This document shows positions 53,964 through 64,000 of a stretch of DNA of 64,000 nucleotides, piece after piece. This DNA comes from the human T2T-CHM13v2.0 reference genome, Homo sapiens. The notes beneath the pieces were generated by a model. It was not told the DNA's origin and did not search any database. It saw only the letters and a list, made by a program, of their open reading frames with translations. Numbering within the stretch: position 1 is the first letter of the stretch; the number at the start of each line of letters is the position of its first letter. The position numbers and the translations under genes were made by a program. The stretch is from the NCBI RefSeq assembly GCF_009914755.1, contig NC_060938.1, one strand, 5' to 3'.

Positions 53964-54534
53964 TTGGCACAGACTATTTCTAAAACACAGGCAATGGTGG
54001 GACAGAAAGGTGCTTCTCAGGAAAGCTTCTGGGCTGCTTCCTCCTATGCAGGGGCTTGTGGCTGAGGTGGGAGGCAGCCTGGGCGGTGGGCAGCTTCTGT
54101 GAGAGTCAGATATGATGCCAGCTGAGTGAAGGTGCTGTCCTGATGAAAGTGTGGAAGGTCACTGGACAAGGATGAGCTTAGCCAAGTGGTTGGGAATGGT
54201 CCTGGCACCTGCAATTTCTTTGTCCAATCAAACAACATTTGGGGGAATCCTGTTGTCTTAGAGCCGGGGCAGAGGCTTCAGGGGTTTAAAAGTTCCCCTG
54301 TAATTCTCGATCAATGTGGCAAAGGGTATATAGGCTGGTCTTTGGTCTGAGGGGCTTCAGGTATCATTTCCAGGTGGGACACAGTGGATTACTGATTTGA
54401 GACTAACTTTCTGTTGAGGTAGAAATGTAGAGGGATGAGGAGGTTGAGGATTGGATATCAGCATTTTAAAAGTTTTCTGGTTGATTCAAATGGGCAGCCA
54501 GGCTTGATAGTCACTGGGTTAAACTGACGTTTGT

Positions 54535-55100
54535 TGCCGACCCTGGGAGAGGTGCTTTTAATTCATTTTGTCATTTAAGCCTCACCACAAGCCTGTGAGG
54601 TAGGTGTCATTATCCCCATTTATAGATGATGCAACAGGTGTGGGATGTGGAGTGGCAGAGCTGGGGTTCAGACTCACAAATCCCTAAGTCCAGAGCCCTC
54701 AGAAGCCCTCCATACTCTGTTGGCTCTCTGAGCTGGCAGCTTTAAAGGAGGCTCTGAGGTGTGTTCTGGAAGGAGGCAGTCTGGTGGTCTGGTTAGAGTG
54801 CTGCTCCTGGAGCCGGACACCTGGGCACGAAGCTCAGCCCCCACCCCTCAGGTAAGTCCCCGAGCTTCTCTGGGGTCAGAATTTCCTTATCTGAAAAGTG
54901 GAGATTGATTATTATGATTGCTTATCTGTTGTTATTCACTATTATTGTATGTAATAATAATTGTTATATATTATATATTCCTATAATTAGTATTGTTAAT
55001 GATCATTATTATAGCTTCCCTCATTAGGTTGTGATGAAGATAAAATCAGTTAACACACATGAAACACTTGGAACTCATAAATAATATATAAATTTTTGTC
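54535..55100. mobile_element. Two MIRs (- at ~54535-54715, + at ~54785-55100 with an AT-rich expansion)
   Basis: CCTGTGAGGTAGGTGTCATTATCCCCATTTATAGATGA; CTGGAGCCGGAC..TTTCCTTATCTGAAAAGTGG..GGTTGTGATGAAGATAAAAT. Confidence 0.7.
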
Positions 55101-56291
55101 ATTATCATCATGATTATTCCCATCTCTACTGTAGTTCTACTACTGAAATCTTTCTATCATGTCGATACCACTATACCGCTTAAGAAAAAAAAACCCACCA
55201 AACCTTTTGTTGAAAATCCCCAAGTTGGAAAATGGATGAACTCTTCCATCAATTTTTTAAAAACTGTTTATTCTGGTAAAAAGAATGTGGGTGATCTTTG
55301 TATATATTTAAAACTGCATTGCAAAGAATTCATGTCTGTGGGGAGGAATCAGACTTCTCTCAGATTAGTTTGGGGCTGAGACAGGGTGAAGGTAAAGGAG
55401 GAGAGTGGAGTTTGTGGCCATCGGCTTTTTCTTTCTCCAGGCTTGTGTGATCCTGGGTGTGTTGGTTATAGGAATGGCTGACCCCTGCCCTCCTGATTCT
55501 GAAGTGTTGGCTACCTCGTGACAGACAGCCCACTGGCCAGCTTTTGTTTTGGTGAGGCCAGGCCAGACCAGGTGGTGTTTACTGAGGGAAAGGAACTTCC
55601 AGATTAGTCCAGGCTAAATTGCTAAACGAGAGAGTCCCTGAAGTTCAGCAAGAGTTATGTAGATAGTCAAGAACCCCCTCATTTGTTTGACATGCTAAGC
55701 ACTGCCATGTGTCTGTAGGCTGAAGGCTAGCTCACTCTGGTGGGCAGCCAGACGGCCAGACAGCGGGCCCATCCCAGCTACAGTGATTGAAATGGATGTG
55801 CTTTTCCCGCTGATCAAAGACACTGCAATAACTTCACAAAATAAGGCTGCCTCTTTGAGTATGCTTCAGTCACATTGACTGGCTGCCAAAATGCCGGGAG
55901 ATGAATGCTTTCTCCTTTCTCCAACCTCCATCACTTAGCTGGGCTTTTTTTTTTTTTTTTTTCTCCTAAGACCAAAACCCAGAGATAAACTACATTGCTT
56001 TAATATTCTTTAGAATATTGATATGCACGCATCCCGGTATTAACATATTTTAGCCCTGGGAATTATTACACAGTAACCCTCTCTTGAAGTTTATGGGGGG
56101 AGTGATGGCACTCTAATGGGATTGGATTTGTCTGGCATGGGACACAGCTTGAGACCACATGACTGACTTGGCTTTAATGGGCTTCATGTGGGACTCGCTG
56201 GCCTCTGTTCTTTCCCTTTGTTTTCCCTTGTCCTCTTCCCTCCCTACCTCCAACCCCAACTCACACACAGGAGTGGTTCAGCTTTCTTCTA

Positions 56292-56460
56292 CAGCAGCGA
56301 CACTAAAGCTGTACATTAGACCATGTTAGACTTTTAAAGGTCTTGAAACCTAGGCCATATCCCAGACCATTAAATCAATATCTGGGAATGGGACACAGAC
56401 ATTGTGTTTTTTCGAGCTCCCCAGGCGATGCCAATGTTTGATCAAAGTTTCAAACCACTT
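56292..56460. mobile_element. MER5B-like fragment
   Basis: CCCAGACCATTAAATCAATATCTGGG..GCTCCCCAGGCGAT..TTTCAAACCACT. Confidence 0.6.
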
Positions 56461-56919
56461 TTGTATGGACTTCATCACTCTGTTTCTCGATTGCATCCTT
56501 GAGACGTGGAATTTAGCCTCTTTGGTGACATGTTGAATAAGCTCAGGAGCTATAGGCTTTGTCCTTTGCTATGGTCTTATCTGTTTTCTGTTCTGGGTAT
56601 CTGGAACACAACTCCTGACATCTGTTCTATCAAGTCCTCTGCCAAGCAGTTGTCTGGTGCCCAAGCTGATTAACTGAAATCTCAGCTGCAGTGGAAGGGT
56701 GTTGGGCTGTCACCATCAGGCTGTGTTGGCTGGAGCTTGGCAAGTGTGTGCATCACTGAATGACAATGATGCCCACTTTTTATTGAGTGCTATCAGGTGC
56801 TAGGCCCTGTGTTTTACACCCATTAATCTTTACTACAACCTTTTGAGAGTTATTAATACGCTTATGTATAAAGAAAAATTGAGTTTCAGTGGGGTTGAAT
56901 AGCTGACTTGAGGTCCCTA

Positions 56920-56999
56920 AGCTTAAGACAATTTGTACTCAAGCCTGCCTAATATTGAGAGCCTAAGACAAGTTGTACTCAAGCCTGCCTAATATCCAA
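56920..56999 (+). repeat. 40-bp tandem duplication within an antisense MIR
   Basis: TAAGACAA[T/G]TTGTACTCAAGCCTGCCTAATAT at 56924 and 56964. Confidence 0.9.
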
Positions 57000-57610
57000 G
57001 GCTGTGCTCTTAACTTTTTTGGGCTACAGAAGTGGCCTTGATACATATGTATTCCATTTCTATCACCATTGTTGTTGCAGAAGTTCTCTTTCTAATGCTG
57101 TTGACCAATCAATGAAACAAACATTTTAAAAAACACAATCTTTAGATTATGGAAATTAAAAAAAGATACAAAAAAGTAGACATAATAGTATAATGAACAT
57201 ATACCCATCACCCAGCTTCAACAATGATTAAGAAATGGCCAGTTCTGTTTCATCTTTACCTCATTTCCATCTCCTGCCCCCAAACTGGATTGCTTCAAAG
57301 CAAATCCCCACGCACAGTATCTTTTCATCCCAGATATTTTTGAGCTCTGCTATATTGTGGGCTGTGTGCTGGTTGCTAGGGAGGATTCAAAAAAATGTCA
57401 TGACCTCTGCCTTCAAGGAGTTTACACGCAGAAAAGAGATTAAGACATATGATAAAGTAACTATATAAAAGACAATATACAAACAATAATATTTCGAAAG
57501 CTCATTTATAAGTCAGTTATTTGGAATCCTGAATGCCTTTTATTGTTAAGAAAATATATACAAATTTTAAATTTTTGGACACAAATACCTTAAACAAAAC
57601 TAAAAGCAAA

Positions 57611-57783
57611 ACTGAGCATGGTGGCACAAGCCTGTAGTCCCAGCTAATTGGGAGGCTGAGGCAGGAGGATTGCTTGAGTCCAGGAGTTCAAGGCTATATT
57701 GCTCTATGATTGCACCTGTGAATAGCCACTCCACTCCAGCCTGGATAACATAGTGAGACCCTGTTTCTAAAAAGAGAAAAACT
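57611..57783 (+). mobile_element. FAM (fossil Alu monomer)
   Basis: Single monomer with the 7SL-like segment CTATGATTGCACCTGTGAATAGCCACT, absent from dimeric Alu arms; TSD AAACTAAAAGCAAA at 57597-57610 and 57784-57797. Confidence 0.85.
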
Positions 57784-57799
57784 AAACTAAAAGCAAACA

Positions 57800-58400
57800 A
57801 CACACATTAGCCTTAACAACAAAGAGCTAATCTTATGTAAAGAACTCTTACAATTCAGAAAGAAAAAGATCCTAGTGAAAATGTGGGCAAGAGATAGCAA
57901 AAAACCAGCCATATGATAATAATAGTCAATAAGTGAATCTGAATGATGTTATCTTCTTTTGTCATTTTAGAAATACAAATAAAAATGATGATGAATGCTC
58001 TTGCTTACTAAATTAGCAAAAACTGGGAAAAGATGATGATATTCAGGGTCAGATAAAGGGAAAAGGGTGCCCTTCTATTGCAGTTTGGAAAGTAAATTGG
58101 CACTGACTTTTTAGTGGGATAGTCTTGTAATATGGGTCAAAAGTCTTCAATCGTGTCCACATTTTGGGCCTGCAATTCCACTTCTAGGAATTTATTCTAA
58201 GGAAGTAACTAAAAATATGTGAAACTATTTAGCCACAAGGATTACAATCCAAGTTTTGTTTGTAGTGGCAAAAAATTGGAAACAACCTAAATATCCAATA
58301 CTAGAAAATTGCTTAAACAAATGACATAGCCACACTATGCAACCTCCAAACGCATGTGTTGTAGAGGCTTATGTAATATATTTGTGTAGGTCTGTGTACT
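57800..58400 (+). mobile_element. Old L1 (L1M) ORF2 3' fragment
   Basis: GCAATTCCACTTCTAGGAATTTATTCTAAGG, AAAAATTGGAAACAACCTAAATATCCA. Confidence 0.8.
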
Positions 58401-59160
58401 AGGGATTTAATTAACCAGATAATTAAGATGATAAATATTTTCATTTTTTTCTAAATAGAAAAGCTATACACATTCTGTTAAAAAAATTCTGACAATATGG
58501 AAGTATATAAGGTAGAAAGATTAAGCCAGTGATTTCATGACCCTGAAATAGCAACAGTTAAGTCTAACCCTCTAGATTTTTTTCCTTGTGTGTACTTATT
58601 GTCATTATTTAGGACAAGAATGGTGTAATGTTATATATTGTTTTACAATATTTTCTTAGCTAAGTATATTATGGGCTTATTTCCCAGTAAGTTACATGCA
58701 ACACTGTCTCATTTAAAAAATGTCTGCATTGTATTTCATTGTATGAATGTATCACGAATCCTAAAAATTTGGAGATTAACTTTCCAGCAGCTCTCTATTG
58801 TGTCAAAAGGCCATGCACTTTTTAAGGCATTTGATGCATACTACCACGTCGCTTTCCATAAATGTTGAGCAACCATGTGGTTGATTATTGGTTGTTATCA
58901 GACTCATTCCCAAGATATTTTAATTTTTTATGTAGACAGATTATAGTTCTAATAATATAGAATATAAAACTCTATTCATTATGTTACTTCTGTGTGGAAA
59001 AAAATGTGTTATGTTTCCTGTCTTTGAGCTCCGTGGTCCAGGAACAATCTTTCTTGATATAGTTGTATGGGCACTACCACTTCTCCCATTTTCTAATTCT
59101 AACCACTGCTCCCCTCCAACAGTGCACACATGTACCTGATTTTTTTATTTCCTGAGGTCA

Positions 59161-59238
59161 TTGCATATAGGGATCTATATGCATGGATCCCTTGCATATA
59201 GGGATCTATATGCATGGATCTCTTGCATATAGGGATCT
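59161..59238. repeat. 31-bp palindromic tandem repeat x2.5
   Basis: TTGCATATAGGGATCTATATGCATGGATCYC at 59161 and 59192, partial copy at 59223. Confidence 0.93.
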
Positions 59239-60764
59239 GGGGAGATGTAACTTCTTCTTGATGATGCTTTGTTCTGAAGTTGGAAGCTTAAAAAATGTTC
59301 TGTGGCTTTTTGACAAAGGCATTGGGCTCTATTGTCATTTCCATAGTTCTTACTATTGTATTTCCTAAAACCTAGGGAAATACACACTTGTTTCCTAAGT
59401 GCCTGGGGTTGAGCTATGAAGCAGATCTTATTGTTCCTTTTTAGCTCCCCAGCCCCACAGTATAGAAACGCATCTTCCTGACGTCACCCCTGTAGACTCG
59501 AGTTGTGTGACTAGCTTGCCCTGGGAACACCTTGGTTTACCGTCTGGTTTTTCTTCTTTCACATTCCCAGCAAGTACTGAAGGTCTGGATGCTTGACATG
59601 AACTGTGAAACTTTGTTGGCCTGGACTGATGAAACATTGGCAGGCTGAACATCCTCATAGGGTGGAAGGGGTTTGTCCTATCTTTGATGAGCCTGGGAGT
59701 CTAATAGGAGTTCAGGGGCCAAGGGCCTTTTTGTCTTCATGTGGATATATCTTGCCTAGAGCAACAGTTTGGCTCTCTCAGACAGTGTAGAGGACCCTCT
59801 AGGTGAAGTACTGAGACCTGGGGTGCATCTGTGAGCTGGAATGTTTCCAAGCTTCTTCAGCCACAGTTGGCCCCTTTGGATGCTGCAGAAAAAGTGGGCT
59901 CTGTGTGTGTTTAGTGGATGGTGCCCTGCTTTATAAAGACCTCCTGCCTTTTGGTCTGTGGACAATGCCAGCTTTTTTTTTTAAAGCAGTCATACTGCCA
60001 AAAATTCAAGCCCATCCTTTATGTACAGATGGTATAAATGGTAAATGGTCCCCACTGTTGGGCACTTATTGCTTTTCTTTTTCCTTTTTTGTTATATGCT
60101 CAAAAAACATATTATTATTACAGTGTGAACATCTACTGTGTCCAGAGCATCTCACTACTTGTTTTACATGTGTTTTTCAGTGAATTGCTTTTGTTCCAAA
60201 CAACCAGTTAATGTACAGTGATAATTTATACAAAATGTCTTCTATTTAGCACATAATTGTTGCTTAGCAGATGTTAGTTTTCTTCATCTTTAGGTTCTTG
60301 GTTTGCTCAACTGGGAAGAGTTGAACTCGTTCAGAGGTTGGCAAACTGTGGTCTGTGGACCGGCCACCTGTTTTTATTTATTCTTTAAAATAATAACTGT
60401 ATTGACATATAATTTGTGCATCATAAAAGTTACCATTTTAAAATATGCTATTGAGTGGTTATTAGTAAATTCACAGTTATGCAACCATCATCATTATCTA
60501 ATACCAGAACATTTTTGTCACCCGAGAAGAAATCTTGTACGCATTAGCATTCACTTCCCATTACCTCTCTCCTCAGTCCTTGGCAACCACTAATCTACTT
60601 TCTATTTCTATGATTTGCTTATTCTGGACATTTCATACAAATGGAATAATAATATGTGGTCCTTCTGCCTGGCTTAGTTTAATCAGCATAATGTTTTCAA
60701 GGCTCAGCCTTGTTGTAGCATGAATCAGTACTTCATTCCTTTTTATTGTCAAGCAATATTCTAT

Positions 60765-60768
<4 letters not shown>

Positions 60769-60817
<49 letters not shown>
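60769..60817. repeat. (TA)24 microsatellite
   Basis: Uninterrupted TA run, counted directly. Confidence 0.95.
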
Positions 60818-60819
<2 letters not shown>

Positions 60820-60867
60820 TGTTTTATTTATTCATTCATCAGCTGATGGACATTTGGGTTGTTTCTA

Positions 60868-61173
60868 TTTTTTATTTTTAGTTTTTATTATTTTTTGAGA
60901 TGGGGTCTCGCTCTGTTGCCCAGGCTGGAGTGCAGTGGCATGATCTGGACTCACTACAACCTCCACCTCCTGGTCTCAATTGATCCTCCTACCTCAGCCT
61001 CCTGAGTAGCTGGGACCACAGGTGTGCACCATTGCACTTGGCTAAATTTTTGTATTTTTGGTAGAGATGGGGTTTTGCCATGTTGCCAAAGCTGTTCTTG
61101 AACTCCTGAGCTCAAATGATATGCCCACCTCAGCCTCCCAAAGGATTACAGGTGTGGGCCACCACGCCTGGCC
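60868..61173 (-). mobile_element. AluJ
   Basis: Dimeric Alu, CTCCTGAGCTCAAATGAT; TSD TGTTTCTATTT/TGTTTCCATTT. Confidence 0.9.
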
Positions 61174-61655
61174 TGTTTCCATTTTTTTGGCTGTTATAAA
61201 TAGTACTATTGTGAAGATTTGTGTACATTTTTTTGTGTTTATCTGTTTTCAATTCTCTTGGCATATACCTAGGAGTAGAATTGCTAGGTCATATGGTAAC
61301 TATGTTTATGCTTTTGAGGAACTGACAGACTGTTTTCCAAGGTAGCTGAACCATTTTACATTCCCACCGGCAATGTATGAAGGTTCCAGTTTCTCCACAT
61401 CCTTGTCAACACTTGTTATTTTCCATCTTTCTTATTAGTATCTTTTCTAGTGGGTGTGAAGTGGTATCTCATGGTGTTTGGATTTGCATTTCTCTGATGA
61501 CTAATGATGTCAAGCATCTTTTCATGTGCTTTTTGGCCATTTCTATATCTTTGGAGAAATGTCTACTCAGATCCTTTTCCCATTTCTTAATTCAGTTACT
61601 TATCTTTTCATTATTGAGTTACAAGAGCTCTTTATATATTCTAGATACAAGACTC

Positions 61656-61955
61656 TCTCTCTTTTTTTTTTATTTGAGATGGATCTGACTCACTCTGTCA
61701 CCCAGGCTGGAGTGCAGTGGCACCATCTTGGCTCACTGCAACCTCTGCCTCCTGCATTAAGGTGATTCTCCTGACTCAGCCTCTGGAATTGCTGGGATTA
61801 TAAGCGCGTGCCACCAAGCCTGGCTAATTTTTGTATTTTTATATTAGAGATGGGGTTTCACCATGTCGGCCAGGCTGGTCTTAAACTCCTGACCTCAGTA
61901 ATCTGCCTGCCTTAGCCTCCCACAGTGCTGGGATTACAGGCGTGAGCCACTGGGC
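61656..61955 (-). mobile_element. AluS
   Basis: GGGGTTTCACCATGTCGGCCAGGCTGGTCTT..CCTGACCTCAG; degenerate TSD TAGATACAAGACTC/TAGGTACCAGACTC. Confidence 0.9.
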
Positions 61956-62057
61956 ATTAGGTACCAGACTCATCAGATATATGATTCACAAATATTTTCT
62001 CCCATCCTGTGGGTTCTTTTTACGTTCTCAATAATTTCCTTTGAAGCACAAAAGCTT

Positions 62058-62374
<317 letters not shown>

Positions 62375-63878
62375 AAAAAGCTTTAGTTTTGAAGTTCAAT
62401 TTATCTTTTTTTTCTCTTTTATTTCTTATAACTTCATTCCTTTTCATGTGTATATTCGGTTGTCTCAGGACTACTTGTTGAAAAGACTGTTTTTCCATCT
62501 TGAATTGTCTTGGTCCTCTCATCAAAAATAAGCTTATTTCTGGAATCTCAATTCTATTCCTTAATCTATATGTCTAGTCCTATGCCAGTGCCACACTCTA
62601 CTGATTACTATAACCTTGTAGTAAGTTTTGAAATCTTATTTTTTCTTTGTAATTGGACAGTGAGATGAGGGTTGTTCTGCACCCATGTATGGGGTTAATG
62701 CTGGCTCCACTCACCGAGGCAGAGCATCTAGTAGGGGGAATGCACAGGAACCTGTAGCCTGTGCTGTGGTCCTAGGTTTGGAGACAATGTCAGTACCCTT
62801 GGCATGATATTTGTAAGAAAAGGGAAAGGTTGGGAGAGAACGGTACCAAATGGGGGTAGGAAACTTTTTAGAATCACCAAAGATGAGCATTGTATATCTC
62901 TAAGAGCTTTCAGTCTCTGACAGGCCAATACTTCTTTGAATCTACAAGCAGGAAAGGGAATTCCTTTTCAAATTAGAAACTCTGGGTTACAGGGAGCCTT
63001 GAAACTGTAGAGGAGAAATGCTACTGCCTGTCGGAGTAGAGCGGTGTGCTTGTGCTGGTCCCTCCCGCCCCTCCCCCAATGGCGTATCCTCTGTGGGCAT
63101 TAAGGTTCTCAGCACATCAAGATCTGGGAGAGGTAGAAGCTGGAGCCCCAGTGAGCAGCAGCCAGTAGCCAGCTTCCCAAGGGCACCCTACTTTTGCCTT
63201 CCTGTGGGAGGTCAAGGTGGCATATCATTTGCAGTGAGTGAACAATCTCAGTTATGCAGTTACGAAATTTAATTTTTAACTTTGTCAGTGATGGCAAGAG
63301 CAGGGTCTGACCCATTCATGTGCAGGAAGGACTTGTCTAGGAAGTGACCGGTCTAATCTCTTGCATGTGTTGGGAGCCTCTACTATCATGTTTTCAATGG
63401 AAGAACTGGTCCCCATGCCCCCATCACCCATCAGGTGCAAGGATGTGTGATAAGATGAGGGTGGATGGAGCACGCTTTGTGCTCAGAACACTGTCTCCAT
63501 TGTGCTCTCTGGGGACTCGCCTATCCCACTCTCTGCTCTGTCCTGCTCTTCAATGGCTGTTTTCTAGCTGAATGGCCACTGTGAGTCCTCTTCAGATTGG
63601 CTGGCATCATTTGCTTTGGAGTAAGCATGCAAGGTTTGGGTGCTCCCAGCTGGGCATCCGAGCTCCCTGTAGCCCTTAGTGATTCTGTCCCTACAATTTG
63701 TCTATTGTGGAAATGAAAGGAGTGAGCTCTGGGCGGTATCTGCAGCTGCTCTTCTGCAATGCAGTGTGCTTGGGAGGGAGGGAGGGAAAGATGGAAGCCT
63801 CCTGCTCTGGCTTTCCTGCTGTCTGTGGGAGAGGAGAGGCTCAGTAATGGGAGGCTTCAGTCACTCTCTCTGGTATTC

Positions 63879-64000
63879 TTTTTTTTTTTTTTTGAGACAG
63901 AGTCTCACTCTGTCGCCCAGGCTGGAGTGTAGTGGCGCGATCTTGGCTCACTGCAAGCTCCACCTCCTGGGTTCACGCCATTCTCCTGCCTCAGCCTCCC
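63879..64000 (-). mobile_element. AluY (cut by the window edge)
   Basis: GCAAGCTCCACCTCCTGGGTTCACGCCATTCTCC Y diagnostics. Confidence 0.9.

Noticed and set aside
57611-57783. 7SL RNA gene or pseudogene
   Set aside because: Lacks the ~150-nt S domain; length and structure fit FAM.

Overview
Hominid (human-like) genomic DNA from inside the SMOC1 gene (SPARC-related modular calcium-binding protein 1), transcribed on the + strand. The window holds the 3' ~51.6 kb of the long first intron, exon 2 (51634-51799, Kazal/follistatin-like domain), a 1116-bp intron, exon 3 (52916-53028, start of the first thyroglobulin type-1 domain) and ~11 kb of the next intron. The rest is intronic and repeat-rich: a near full-length SVA with target-site duplications, 12 Alus plus a rare fossil Alu monomer (FAM), MaLR/ERVL solo LTRs, L1/L2/L3 fragments, MIRs, hAT MER elements and several mini/microsatellites. 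Nearly all supplied ORFs are repeat-derived or chance ORFs. I find no evidence of a new protein-coding system. The most interesting signals are structural or regulatory: a sense-oriented SVA nested in two LTRs with a weakened poly(A) signal, a G-rich 9-mer minisatellite with a 107-bp higher-order duplication, a palindromic 31-bp minisatellite, a 23-bp repeat carrying three TGACAG sites, and direct Alu pairs flanking the in-frame exon 2+3 cassette. Gene identity, exon numbering and repeat subfamilies are recognised from memory, not from a database search; boundaries of old repeats are approximate.
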